Positions 14,058 to 30,003 of a stretch of 64,000 bases of DNA are shown here, one piece after another. The stretch covers positions 1-64,000 of the forward strand of contig CALSCP010001656.1 in the NCBI GenBank assembly GCA_943704425.1, given 5' to 3'. A program made the translations under genes and the position numbers. Under the pieces are notes generated by a model. The model did not search any database and was not told the origin of the DNA. It saw nothing but the letters and a program-made list of their open reading frames with translations. Numbering within the stretch: the first letter of the stretch is position 1; each line of letters opens with the position of its first letter. The DNA is from Ministeria vibrans ATCC 50519 (Eukaryota > Protista > Filasterea).

Positions 14058-17000
14058 CTACGGTGTCGCACCGCTGACGGTCGCCGACGAGGGACGACGT
14101 CCTTGCGTGCGGAGACTGAGAACCCACAGTCGTTTGCCGATTCCTACAAAAGTGGCCAAAATACAATAAACAAATGAAAAATCTCTCCGAGTGCAACGCA
14201 TACCTTGGAGGGCATTTTGAACGGCAACGATGCCCTCGCGACTGAGCGACGGAGGCTGTTCGCCATCGGCGGTGGGCATCACAATGGCCTCAAGCATGAG
14301 CTTGGCACGTTGGTAGTGCGTGCTGGCCTCGGTGAGATCGCCAACAAGCTCTTCGACTGCGCCGTCACGACACAGCCCCAGACTGTGCTCGTAGATCATC
14401 TTCTCCGCTGACGGCACTTCAATGTCACCGTTGACGCTGAGCGACAAACGCTTGGCCAGCTGAGCATTCTCGGAGCGGATGGCATCAGCCTTGTCCAGGC
14501 AGTCGTTAAAGAGCGTACGCAGCACCTGCACGACATCGTTGACACGCGGCGACACGTTGATGGGCATGGTGTCGACCGAGATGCCCGCCGACGACATAAG
14601 CGGATTCGGCGACGACGAGTACGACGTGGACGACTGCGACGATGAGACCGAGGAGGCGACCGAGGAGGACGAGCGCGGCCGAGAGGTGTCGGCCGACGGT
14701 TGTTGAATACATCGTTGTGCGTACAAAATGCCACGGTAGAGCACATGAAGGGCGCGTGTGTACAGCAAGAGGGCCTCCGCGTTGCAGACCATGCGCAGGC
14801 GTGGACTTGTCATGAAACTCTCTGAGGGCGACAGCGAGCACGCAGTCGAACCAGTGCCACCAATGGACGTTGTCGCAGCACTGGCCGTGTTAGACGTTGC
14901 GGCTGGGTCACCGCCGTGTGCCACAAGCTGACGCTCCATGGCAAAGTGCATGACGGCTCGACCGCGGTTGGCACAAGTGTTGAGCTCGCGACAAAAATAG
15001 CTCTCTTGTTGCTCCTGCTGAATGAGCGACGCCAGGGACACGGCAGGACCCGTGGCAGTGGCGGCCGAGGAGTCGCCATGAAGAGACGTGCCAAAAAGAC
15101 GGGTCGCCATGGAGGAGAGAACACGCACCACCTGGCCATAGGCACCACGCTGGTACTCCTGCTGTTGCGGTTGTTGTTGAAGAGCAATACGTTCTTGGTG
15201 TTGGCGCTGGTACGAAGACACGAGTTGGCCAGAGGACAAGTCTGACGGAGAGGTTGCATAGGTTGCAGGGGAATTTTGAGGGGTGACCGGTGAGATGATG
15301 CCACGATTGGGTGATGCGGCACACATGTCGACAGGACCGGACGACACTTGGGCTGCGAGAGCAATGCCTGCACCACGTTTTTCGGACGACGATTGCACAG
15401 GTGGTGAGCGTGTGTTGCCCACAGCGTCAGCAAAAGCATTGACGACAGCGGGGCGGTCAATGACGACAAATCCGGACACGGAGCCACTGGCGCTACCACT
15501 AGCAAAGGCGTTGCCACTCTGAGTGAGCGTTGATGGTGCGACAATTGCAGTCGATGGCAAGGTTGAAGCGATGGTTGTCGTCGTGGCGGCGGCGGCGGCG
15601 GTGGTGGTGGTGCCTGGAGGTGTGGCAGCGGCAGTGAAAGCGCTGCCGGACATGTCTTTGAAGGGCTTGATGGTGGGAAGTGGCGCGAATTCGTCGAGTG
15701 TGTCAAATTGAGAGACATTGACAAGGGCCGTGTCCTCCTTCATGGCCGTGGCGAGCGCCTCGACAACATCATCGTCGCCAGCATCGTCGTCGTCATCGTC
15801 GGGTTGTCGTCTGGCGGCGACGACGTCAGGGCGGGAAATTTTGGGAGAGACGCGCCTCTCGGGCGTTTTTGTCGCAGCCGTGGTTGTGGTGGTTGCCGAT
15901 GTACCCGGAGGTGTTTTCTCTCTGGGAGGCGTGACCGGGGGGGAGGCACCGGCGCGCGACTTGTACGACTCAAAGTCGACAAATTTGTGGGCGAAAAAGG
16001 CGTCAAAGGAGATGCGGTCTTTGGCATCTTTACGCAGGAGACCCTTCATAAGATGCTGCGCGTGTTGAGGTGCTTCGGCGGGCATGGCAAGCGAGTCGCC
16101 ATGTCGCTTGATCATATTGCCCAGTTCAATGTACGAGTTGGCCTTGAACGGACGACGGCCAGTGAAGCACTCGAAGAGAATGACACCGAGCGACCACAGA
16201 TCGGCCGAGGCGTCGTACGGTTTGCTCTCGAGAATCTCGGGAGCCATATAGTAGGGTGATCCACAAACGGTATCGGCCATGTCGAGGCCAATAAGATCAC
16301 GAGCAAAGCCAAAGTCGGCAATTTTGATGAGTCGCAACGAAGCGGAGTCGGTTGCGGCAAACGGATCGGCAGAAGTGGTGGTGGTGGATGATGATGCTGC
16401 TGCAGCAGCTGCTGCTGCAGATGGTCCAGCGCCTGCTCGAGCAGCGGCTTTCGAAGATTGAGTGCGTGCAAGGACGAGTTCGGCGGCAGAACTGGCGAGA
16501 GGAGAGCTCAAGAGGAGGTTCTGAGGTTTGAGATCACGATGGACGATGTTACGTTCGCGCAGGTACTCGAGAGCATCTGCAATCTGTTGAAGGTAGCGTT
16601 GGATTTCGGGGGCGGGAAGGCGATTGTTGGGTTGTTTTTTGAGGTATTGCGCAAGATCGCCATCGGGACAGAACTCCATGACGAGATACTTATGATTGGT
16701 GCTGTCGTAGGTCGTGTAGAGTTGCACAATGTGAGGGTGCTTGAGTAGCTTGAGGATGGCAATCTCCTGCTCGAGGCTGGCACGGACACGCGGAGTGAGC
16801 TGGCGCTTTTTCACGCGTTTGATTGCCACGACAACACCTTTCAACTAGAACGAAAAAAAAAAAAAAAAAAACAAAACAAAACAAGATCGACGGAGAAAGA
16901 GTGAGAGAGAGAGAGAGAGAGGAAGGGTGTACGTGTGCACGTGTGCACGGGTGCGTGGTAAGGAGAGCAGTGTCATGAATGGAGAAGGGGAAAGAAAGCG

Positions 17001-17832
17001 GGAGAGGCAGAAGCGGGACGTCACGAGATGTGACTGAGCAACAGTGATAAAGAAAGAAAGCCCAAAACCAAAAAAAAACCGCGAACTTGTGAGACGGTCG
17101 AGTTGTCACGCAAGAAGGGCCCACATGAAAAAGACACGTGGCGAATACTTGGCGACACGGGGTGGAGGGGTGTGTGGGACTGCGTGGGATGCAAATGGAG
17201 GCGGGTGGGTGCGCACGGAAAGAGACCGTTGGGTTGGGCAACCGCTTGTGCGCAACAGCGAACTTCACATTGACACAGGGCAGGCGGACGTCTCCGAGCA
17301 ACCCCAACGGTGGGGCGCTCTTGCGTCCATTGTTATTGCAAGTAGAGCAGCGTCGAAGGACACCTCTAGCTTTACTTGTGGGTCACCAATAAAAAGCGCC
17401 CAACGTATTTTTAAAGACGTCGCGCCACAAAAACCACTTTGGTGTGTTTTAATAAGCGGCGCGTATCCTATGACGCCACTTGGGAGCACACGCAAGAACA
17501 GGAAAGCCCATAGGGAAGCGAGAGGGCGCTATTGGCGCGCCATTTCGGGAGAAACAGACAGTACGTTTGTACGTGACTCAGACGATTTTTTTTTTTTTTT
17601 TTTTGCACTGTTCCAATGAATGCACAATGAAAAGGATTGATTTTGCAAAACATGGCAACGTTGCGAATGTCGAGGCCCGCAAAATGCCTGTGCGTCAGGG
17701 CCGTACCTCTTTGTGGCGTGCTCTGAAGACGTCGGCGAAGCTCCCTTTGCCCAGGAAGTCGACCTGCGAGTGGTACGTAAAATCGCCAACGAGTTTCAAA
17801 CTGCCGCCCGCTGCGGCGCCGTCAACAGGCAT
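14058..17832 (-). CDS. ATG1: Serine/threonine kinase ATG1/ULK
   Basis: Exon 1 MPVDG...LGKGSFADVFRARHKE (17832-17707), then an ~860-bp intron. Exon 2 has VAIK, HRDLKPQNLLL, IADFGFAR, TVCGSPYYMAPE and YDASADLWS, plus C-terminal MIT-like helices (AEALLLYTRAL; AEKMIYEHSL...AVEEL). Confidence 0.92.
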
Positions 17833-18047
17833 GATTCCAAATCGGTTATCGTATAGAGGCAACGCCAATGGGAAACCAGACGATTATTTCAGAGGAGGAC
17901 GGAAAAAATTTAAGAAAAAAATTAATGTGAAATCGAATAAATAATTCCCGACATGGTCATTCGGAGTGACGCTCGATCGTCATGGAAACCATCAAAAATG
18001 ACGTGTATTTGCATTTGTACAACAAGAGAGACAAAAAAAAGAACCCC

Positions 18048-19864
18048 TCAGAACCAGCTGTCGTTGTGGCTTGCCTGCGATTGGGGTGACTCAAACGACT
18101 CGTAGTGAGCATTGCGGAATTTCTTCATGAGCGCATTCTGAATGGGATTCAGGAAGGCAGTGTCGTCGTCGTCGTCGAGGGCCCTTCGTTTTCGCTTGGC
18201 ACTGCATAACAATAATATAATAACAATGAGGATTACACAGCGTCTTACAACAAAAACAATTAATGTATTGTTGTACCTTGGTGTCAGTTTTTTGAGACGA
18301 CGCAATGGACACGAGTCCTGAAGTTGCTCAAAAAGACGACGACGAGTGTTCTCGGGGGGAGTTGCCGTGGTAGTGGTCGCGAAAGCAACGGGCAAGGGCA
18401 GTGGAGGCGGAGTGGGCATGTCGTAGGTGTGGACACTGGTGATGGAGCGACGCGAATCCAAGTCGGCTGTCGCTGTAGGGCGAACGGTAGTGGACATACG
18501 GACGCTCATGGGAGAGACAATGGATAACGATGGTGTGGCAGAGGCATGAGGAGGGGGAGGTGGAGGTGGAGGAAAGTCAAAGGAGGAAGGGTGGAAGGCA
18601 CTCACGTTGATGGGGTAGGCCAAGGTAAAGTCGGACTCGACCATTTGTGATGGAGGAGGAGGAGGAGGAGGAGGAGGAGGGGGAGCGCAGGTGGGAGGTG
18701 AAAGGAAGCGATGGTAGTGAAGTTCCGTCTGGGCTGGCGCACAGTCGCTCGACGCAATGAGAGTGGTGTTGAGGTCGTCCTTCGACGTGTCTCCTGGGAT
18801 GATGCACGTTGTTGAAAATGACGGTCTAGATGGTGTCTCCGTGGCAAGAGCAAGAGGTGAAACGGACATGGCCGAGCGAGGCGACCAAGACATGTTGGTG
18901 CGGCCACCAACGGAGGCAGGCGAGAACGAAGTTGCCGCAAGTGGCAAGGGGAGGGAAGACGGCGTGGCGGTGGCAATGGTTGTCGGCGGCACTGATGTCG
19001 GTGGACTTTGACAGTTGTTTTTGTTGATGTGGCTGTTGTTCTCGCTGCCGTCTTCGTCATCTTCGACCGACTCGTATCCACTGTCGTCTAGCTTGCCGTT
19101 GTCCTCTTTGCTGTTGTCGGGAGCCACTGTCTCAAGGACGACCACATTAGAAGACGCTTTAATTTTGACGGGGGACGCCACTGCCTCGCTGACCGCATCA
19201 GGGGACACTGTGGTTTTAACGGGAGTCTTGACCGCATCGGGCGTTGGCGGCACGACAGCAATGGTGGGCACCTGAAGGGACGACACTCTCGGTGTGATGT
19301 GTGCTCTGGTCGGTGGAGCACGGCAACGACGATCACGGCGGCTTGACTCTCTCTGTTGCAATCTTGCCACAGGCACGGCCGTTGGTGCGTTGGGCTGGTC
19401 CGAGAGGAGGCTTGCCGCTGTGATCTTCTCACCAAGTGAGTAGTGAAACACATCGAGTGCCTCAACAGAAAACTCTTCAACGGCGTTCCGTGCGCAACGC
19501 TCGGCGCTCATCGGCGGTGCTGGTGCTACGCTGGCAACTATAGACCATAATCGCGACCACCACGGCCGCGCTTCAACGAGCGCTTCGTCGACGGAGGACG
19601 CGTACTCTCGCGAGCAAATCCGACGCAACCGTACGCGCTCCAAGACCTCTGGGTTGCGTTCGAGGTGCACTACCAACTTACGCAACTCACTTTCAGTTGC
19701 GTGTCGCACAACAGAGGCGTATGCACCCGGTGGTGTCTGCAAAAGGTTTTTGAATTTTTTTTTTGAATTTTTCGCTTTTTTTCTTCTTTTTTTTTTCAAC
19801 AAAAAAACCAAACCTGGACGCAAAAGGTGGATTTCAGCGCCAGTGGATGCGACCACTCGTCCAT
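18048..19864 (-). CDS. Proline-rich disordered protein with PRR11/MTFR1-like C-terminal motif
   Basis: Long ORF with poly-Pro tracts, a WH2-like LFEQLQ..PLRRLKK segment and C-terminal PIQNALMKKFRNAH. Start uncertain; a possible upstream exon extends to ~20088. Confidence 0.5.
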
Positions 19865-20121
19865 ATCGTAGAAAAAGAGGTTGGTACTCGGCACTCGATA
19901 AAAATAAAATAAAAATTATTTTTTCGTTCGATCGATCGAGTGTGGTCATAGTTTCAGAATATGTCACTCTTTCACTCTCTTGAGCGTTCGTACCTTTCTC
20001 TCACCACTAGCGTCACCTGACAACGGAGAGAACTCAGTACACAGAAGTCAGATACGCGCAGAAAGCCTCCGCTGCGCACGCGCCCCATACGTTCCCACGA
20101 AAACGTCAATCGCCGTCAAAT

Positions 20122-23100
20122 ATGCGTCTGCTTTTCCTGACCGCACTCGCCGTCTCTGCTACGGCGATCGTTCCGAAGGCCTTCAATGAGGCCGTTGGCG
20201 TCATTCCAATCTACACGCAAGACGCGCCCCCGGACATGGCGTCCATTGTCGCGTTTGAAGATGCGGTAAGTCATCGGCAAAGAAACATCTAAAAAAAAAC
20301 AAAAACATGTTTCTACTCTCTCTCCTGCGCCACTATGGCTACTAAGCCTAACCAGGACCCCTTTCAATATACCAATGGCGTCCCTTCTTTCAGTTTCGCA
20401 CCACATCAACCGCTCATGTTCATTTTTCTTGTACTTTTTTCTTTTTTTTCTCTGTCTCTCTCTTTTTTCTCCGTCTTCTTTTTTTTGTTTTCATTTTCTT
20501 CTTTTTTTTTTCTCAGCCCGAAATGGCGTGCGAGCCATTTGACGCCGGATACCCGTATTCTCACACCCATGCGGTTCTCAGATCATCGACAGCCTGTGCT
20601 GCCCCCATGGACTTTGACCAGGACGGGTTTGTCGACTTGTTCACGTGCGTTGGGACTGGCCCCGACAAACTGCTGCGTAACCTTGGCAACGACACTTTTG
20701 TGGACGTTGGCCACTTGCTTAGCACCACGTACGATCCCTCACTGATCTCCATTGGTGCCGCCTGGGCTGACGTTGACAATGACGGCGACGCAGGTATGTC
20801 ACAAACTGCAATGTTAACTTTTTTTTTGTTTATTTTTGTTTAATTTTGCGACATGACTACCCCTAGATCTCTTTGTCACGGTAGCAGGACTTTCTGCCGC
20901 AAACACATCGTACCACAAACTCTATATGAATCACGATGGAGGCACTCGGTTCACCGAAGAAGCTGTGGCACGCGGTACGCAGGGCTTTCAGCAGCCGGGC
21001 ATGCCTCAACTGGGATCGACACCAATCGTCGGTGACATTGACGTCGACGGCCATCTCGACGTCGTTCTTTGCAACTGGTGTGACACAGAACCGTTGTCAC
21101 GGCGTCAGCGTGATCTGGGACCCAACATTCACAGCCACGCGTCCATGACGCGTATTTTGCACAATCGAGGTGCTCAGTCAACGTCGTTGAAGGGCTACTA
21201 CGAAGACGTGACGGAGACGTGGGGAGCTCAAGAGGCCCTCTCGCGTATCTGGTGCTTTGGTGGCAACATGGCGGACATTGACGAGTCGGGATACCCGTCG
21301 CTCCTGATTACCGGTGACTTTGGCACATCCAAGTTGCTGCAGCCCACATTTGACAGCTCATCGTCGTCGTCGTCCTCGTCGTCGTTGTCGTCGTCGTTGC
21401 AGCTGACTGACGCTACACTACGTGCGGGTCTCTCCATGGACATTGAAGATCGTCACATCACACAAGGGGGAGCACATGTACAGCACCCCGAGAATGTTGA
21501 CCCGGACGAGTACGCAGTGAACGGCATGGGCTCCTCCGTGGCCGACCTGGACGGCGACGGACACCCCGAGTGGATGGTCACCGACATCTACCAGAATATG
21601 CTCAATCTCAACGGCGGTGGCGCGCGTCTTAACGAGTTTGCCCTGTTTGATCGCAGCACGTTGGGCTTTGAGTGGGGCGCGACCATGCCCGACTATGACA
21701 ACGACGGAGACCGTGACATTGCCATTACGAACAACTATCCCACCTTCACGGACCGCCCGACACCAACACAGTTATTTGTGAACCCATCGCTGTCGCCCAA
21801 GGCTGCGTCCTGGTCCGCAGCCGCGCCCCTCAACGACGTGGGCCCTGCGGTTGGCGTGGGTCTTTTTGACAGCGCGCAAGGCCGCTCTCTGGTCAGTCTC
21901 GACTTCAACCATGACGGGCGTCAGGATTTGTTCCAGGCTAACAGTGGGCAGGAGCCATTGCTCTTCCACAACATTGAATCGTCAGCAAATGGGTGGGTGC
22001 GTGTACTGCTGCAGGGTGTCACAAGCAACACCATGGGCATTGGTGCGCGTGTATATGTGTGTGGGGCACCCAATGCCACCGCACAATTTATCGAGTATGG
22101 GGCGCACGGCAGTGGCCTGACAGGTCATGATGAGCGCGTCGCACACTTTGGGGTGGGCGCTGCCGTGTCGGTCAACGTGGTCGTCTACTGGCCCGTGTCG
22201 GGACGCACACAGGTGCTGAATGACGTGGCACCCAACACGGAGGTGCTTGTGCGCGAGGACGACAATGCGCTCGTGCCGTCCGGCTGCGAGTACCTGGGCG
22301 AGACCCTTGGGCGGCTGGGCTGTGCGAGTCTCACCCACTCGCTAGTACCAGTCATCGAGCATGTCAAGCCGTACGTCGGTTGTGACCGAGTGCGTGTGAC
22401 TGTTGCAGTGCGCAACTTTATGCTACCGCTCGAGGTGCGCGATCATCTGAACGAGACGCATGTGCGTCTCACAAGTGACTATGGTGTGTGGGCATCGCGG
22501 GTGTCCGACACGCACGCCGTCGTTGAGCGCGTGCTGCGTCGCAACCCAGCTGCCACCGAAGGTCTCAACGGTGCGCCACGGCCGTCACCACTTTTGCCAG
22601 GCTGTCTGACGGGTCGGGTTGCCTCAACGGGTATTGTGCGTCGCTACCACGTTGACGTTCGCCTAGTGAACACGACTACGGTGCAACCGCTCTGGATTTC
22701 CATCGACCAGGGCGCACTAGTGGACTCGCGCGGTGTCAACTCGTCCGCGAGTCGCTGGGCACGCATTCACGTCAACTTTACGTCGTCCAACTGTGTCGAT
22801 CCGTACGTCGCAAACCCACCCCCGCCGCTCGTCTACGACGCACTTGCAACAAACGACCCTGAGCTTCCCGTGTCCGTGTCCTCGGCCACCCCTTCGAGCA
22901 CGCCCACATCCCTGACACGCTCCCGCTCAGGTTTGAGTTCCAGTTCCTTTCCTATTGCAATTGTGATCGGCGCAGCTGTTGCTCTGCTGGCGTGTGTGTT
23001 GCTCGTCATTCTTCTAGTGCGACGTGGAAGGCGACAACAGCAAATGATGGGGGGCCAATTGAAACAGTTGGGATCGCGACCTTCGCTGCAGGAGGTCACG

Positions 23101-23208
23101 TCGTGCGGTATGGTTGTGATGAGCGAGTCCAAGCCGGCGTTGCTCTCTGCCACTGCTGGCCTTACTGTTAGACAGTCGTCTGATCATGAGGGGGAGACCG
23201 ACCTATAA
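20122..23208 (+). CDS. CRTAC1/ASPIC-UnbV family FG-GAP (VCBS) beta-propeller protein with signal peptide and single TM helix
   Basis: Signal peptide MRLLFLTALAVSATA. Repeated DxDxDG Ca-binding loops (DFDQDG, DVDNDG, DIDVDG, DLDGDG, DYDNDG, DFNHDG), ASPIC/UnbV motif SNTMGIGARV...AHFGVG...WP, and TM IAIVIGAAVALLACVLLVILLV followed by RRGRR. Confidence 0.85.
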
Positions 23209-23673
23209 TAATCATTATAATTATATTATTTTTCATTGTTTCTTGTTTTGATTTTTAAATTTTTTTAATCACAATACAATTATTATTATTATTTTATTTT
23301 CAATATTGAATTTTTCATCAAGGTAGCCAGCTGATTGTGTGTTATTTGCCAACCAAAGTGGACGGGGTTTTGGAGTAACTTACTTAACCGGAGGGCCTTC
23401 GCAGGACCACCTTGGCGTCCGAAGAGAGGAAGCACTCAAAGGACAAAAGTATATCACTTTCACAAATCGGATAGGGCTTGAAGTGTGTATGTGTGTGACT
23501 GAACGCAGTACGCGTGAAAAAAGAAAAAAAGAGACGCATTGCAGGTCTCTACTACTATAAGAATATTAATATTGAGAGCTACACTCGCAATATAGAGAAA
23601 CCCAAATAAAAAAGAATTATTGGTGAATGAGAGTGCATTCTGAACAGTCACAGACATACAGACACAGGCACAC

Positions 23674-26429
<2,756 letters not shown>

Positions 26430-26586
26430 GTCAGTAACTTGTAACACTATCTGATCAAGTATGATTATAAAAAATGTGAACAATCAACAGACAAATCAAT
26501 CACAAATGACAATAGTGTGAATGAAAAAATAATCAATGAATAAATCAGAGTCAAGTTTGAGACAGTCTCAGTACTTTTCCACTCGC

Positions 26587-27533
26587 ATGCTTTTGAGAAC
26601 GCTTCATCGAAGCACCCTCTATGTGGGCAGATGGCGCGCGATGTCGACGCAGCAGGAAACGGGAATGAGCGCCATCAAGGGTCGATGGAATCGCTTTCTC
26701 CTCCTCATCCATCCAGACACCATTCCCGAAGCACTCACGACCGTTCGGACAGTCAACCAAGAGTCCCTGCAGAGTAAGCAACACCCTCCTCTTTGCCTGC
26801 GCCACTCACCGCTCTGTCTTTCTCAAATCCAGTCGCCCATTCAATGCTCGACATTGCCGAAACCATTGCGACGCGCCGCAAGGAGTCCTCCGGCGACTCC
26901 AAGGCACTGCAATACCTGGCACGCGACGGCCAGGGGCGTGTGCGATTCTTTGTGCCTCGCCCCGCCCCCTTGCCCGACCGCCCGCCCTACGTGGAGGTCA
27001 GCGCGAGTGTCGACGCCGCCACCATTTACCGCGGCCCGCGCGCCTGCATGGAGTCCATTCTGAAGCAAGCGGACCCCGTCACGCACGCGACGGTCAGCCA
27101 CGTCTCAGATCCCACCGAGATCAACGAGATCACGGACGCCGAGCGGCTGGGACGCTCGGGCATGTGGAGCGGACCCTTTGGCGACATCCTCTTCAACAAA
27201 TTCTCCTCGGCATCCGTCGACCGCAGTCACAAGACGGCCGTGCACACCTTTAGTCAACTTGTCTTTATGCACTCAAGCGTCTCCGAGCAAGAGCGCGACG
27301 ACTTCTACGCGCGGCTGCACAGCGAAACGCACTCGGGTGACCTCCTCCTGCACTGCGCCCGCGACATCCCTGTCCTCGTCCTGCCCGCTTCCGCCGAGTA
27401 CCACGCCGACATGGACAAGGGTATTCTCCACATCCCCTGCGACTTTACTGCGCCTCTCTTCAACCAGACCATTCTCCAGTTTGGCCCGGCTCTCCAATCG
27501 CGTCGGATTGCTCTTCTCCGCGAAAGTACCTAA
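26587..27533 (+). CDS. TCAIM-like (DUF4460) mitochondrial protein with J-like HPD motif
   Basis: Arg-rich presequence MLLRTLHRS...; FLLLIHPD...VNQESLQ matches the DUF4460 pattern; C-terminal GILHIPCDF; one intron. Confidence 0.65.
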
Positions 27534-27597
27534 ACATGTCTATGAGACCCTGTACAACACACAGTATAATACAATCTTTGTAATTATTTATAACATC

Positions 27598-28511
27598 TCA
27601 GAGAATGCGCCAGAGCCAATGGCGCTCGTCCAGAGCAACATCAAAGTGTGTGCGGGGCACGAGACGCGCAACGAGTGCGCAGTCTGCGGCACTCACACTA
27701 CCCCACGCGGTGAGCGAGTACGCCTTGTCGGGCGACAGTGCCAATAGTCGCTGGAGCTCTGAGACGCTGGGTACGATAAACTCGGCGCGGACGGGAAATG
27801 TGCAGGCGACGTGAGGAAAGTCGGCAAGCACACGCGCCATCGCGTCAATGTGCTCGGGCAGGTAGCGTCGCGGTCCAAACGGCCCTGTCGTCCAGCCAAT
27901 AGACAGAACCGAGCGGGGAAACGCCTCATAGCACGTCTGAACAAAGTGATGCGCATCAAAAGGCGACTCTCCGCCGCCAGGGCCGCGCAGGATGTCGGCA
28001 TTGAGCCAGAGGGGATGCAGACGGCCGTGCTCGTCGACAGTGCACCGCTGAAGCTCGGCCAGGCACTCTGGCACTGCCCTGGGGTCTTTAAAGTCGAGCT
28101 TGATGCCAATGGTACGCTTTGAGTCTAAAACAATGCGAAGCCAGTCGCTATAGAGAGCCACGCGTGAATAGGGTGAGCGGGGAGTGCGGTGCGAAATGTT
28201 TACGCGAAGGTCAAGTCGAAATCGGGTGTGTGCGGCAAGCTGAAGTATGCCAAGAGCTTCTTTGGGTGTGCCATGACTGCCTGTCCATCGATATACATGA
28301 TGTCGGCCTCGAGAAAGTCAATGCGGGCGTTGGCGAGGGTCGAACGGAGCAGCGAACCATCGTTGACTGCATGAGCCCAGGTGTGTGTCGCAAACGACTC
28401 TTCTGAGCTCCGAGGCGCTTCACTCGATGACAAACTGGCACACGGAAGAGACATAAATGTGACGATGAGAGAGACGATCAGACAGAGAATGAGGATCGAT
28501 TTTTTGAGCAT
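27598..28511 (-). CDS. FAM151/menorin (DUF2181) PLC-like phosphodiesterase-fold protein with N-terminal hydrophobic segment
   Basis: TWAHAVN, LEADI, VMAHP, GIKLDFK, PLWLNADILRGPGG and LSIGWTT; two exons. Confidence 0.88.
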
Positions 28512-28628
28512 CAACAAAAAAACTGTGTGTGAAACTACTCTAAGTAGTCCTAAGAAAAGAGAAAAGAAGATGAGAATTCAGAATTAGACTCATTTGACTT
28601 GCAACTTTTTTTCCCCTCCTTTTCTTAT

Positions 28629-28749
28629 ATGTCTCACGCTCCTATTGGACTCTGCCTTGTTGGTCTTGGACGCGCAGGGCACTTTCACCTGCGATCCATC
28701 AACTCCACGCGTGCCTTTAACCTTCTTTACGTCGTTGACCCAGGTTCGA

Positions 28750-28783
<34 letters not shown>

Positions 28784-29673
28784 ATCCTTTCCTTCTTTTG
28801 TAGTTGAGGAAGTCCGAGAACGCATCGCCAGCGAGCAGGGGTGCAAGGCACTGGCGTCGGTCGAGGCTGCCTTTGCCGATCCCGCAGTCGAGGCGGTGTT
28901 TGTGGCGACGCCGACCGCCTTCCACAAGGACCTGACACTGCGGGCGCTACAGGCCGGCAAGGCTGTTCTGAGCGAGAAACCGCTGGGTGAGTCTATTGCG
29001 GACATCCACGAGTGCTTTGATGAGGCCAAGAAGGCCGACAAGCCCCTGATGGTGGCGTTCCAACGACGGTTCGATCCCAACTTTGTGGCGGTGCGCGACG
29101 CCATTGCCAGCGGCCGTCTGGGCCAACTCCAACTTCTGCGCACCACCTCGCGCGACTTCCCTCGTCCCAGCATTGCCTACCTTAAACAGTCGCACGGCAT
29201 CTTTCACGACATGTGCATTCACGACTTCGATCTGCTCTACTTTGCGACAGGCGCCAGCGACACGCCCGACAACCGACCCCAGTCGGTGTTTGTCGCGGGC
29301 TCGTGTTTCGATCCGGAGATTGCAGCTCTCGACGACTACGACACGGTTTTGATCACAGTGCGCTACGCCAACGGGCTACTGGCGACCATCGACACGGCGC
29401 GCCTGTCGGTCTACGGCTACGACCAGCGCATGGAGGCCTTTGGCAATGGCGGCATGGCTGTCGCCGAGAACCAACGCTACAACGACACGGTCGTGTCCAC
29501 CCAATCCGGCCACAACCTCACCCCAATTCACACGAGCTTTGACACGCGCTACGTCACGGCATACCTCAAAGAGATTGAATACTTTGCTAAAATGGTCCGC
29601 GAAGGAGCACCACCTATCGTCACACGAGACACTGTCGTCGGCACAGCGTACGACCAGAGACACTTGAACCACC

Positions 29674-29715
<42 letters not shown>

Positions 29716-29818
29716 TGTGTGTGCGTGACAACTGATTTTCTTTGGTTTTAGACTGCTGGCAGAGGCTGCGAGCGAGAGTGCTCGCACCGGAAAGGAAGTC
29801 ACTATTGTGTACGATTGA
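28629..29818 (+). CDS. iolG: myo-inositol 2-dehydrogenase (Gfo/Idh/MocA family)
   Basis: GLGRAG Rossmann motif, ATPTAFH, SEKPL, FQRRFDP, TSRD, GIFHDMCIHDFD and YGYDQRMEAFG; two introns. Confidence 0.88.
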
Positions 29819-30003
29819 GCAGATTAAACCGTCCCTGTTCACTTCAACTCTACTTTTACTGTAAGATATTTTGACCAAGTCAACGTATCCATACAAATAG
29901 TAATGAAATATTAACTAAAGAATCGATCAAATTTCAGAACATTTATTATCCATATTCTATTCATATTATTTCATATTCAAGTCGTTCTGTTTGGTTTGTC
30001 AAA

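Noticed and set aside
18202-18276. Hydrophobic 'TM-like' segment LIVFVVRRCVILIVIILLLC in the Pro-rich ORF
   Set aside because: It is a 75-nt in-frame GT-AG intron. The same applies to the 60-nt intron at 14144-14203 in ATG1.
23330-23490. ACTTACTT-containing GC island resembling a U1 snRNA 5' end
   Set aside because: It lacks ACTTACCTG, the U1 stem-loop sequences and an Sm site; probably 3'UTR/intergenic.
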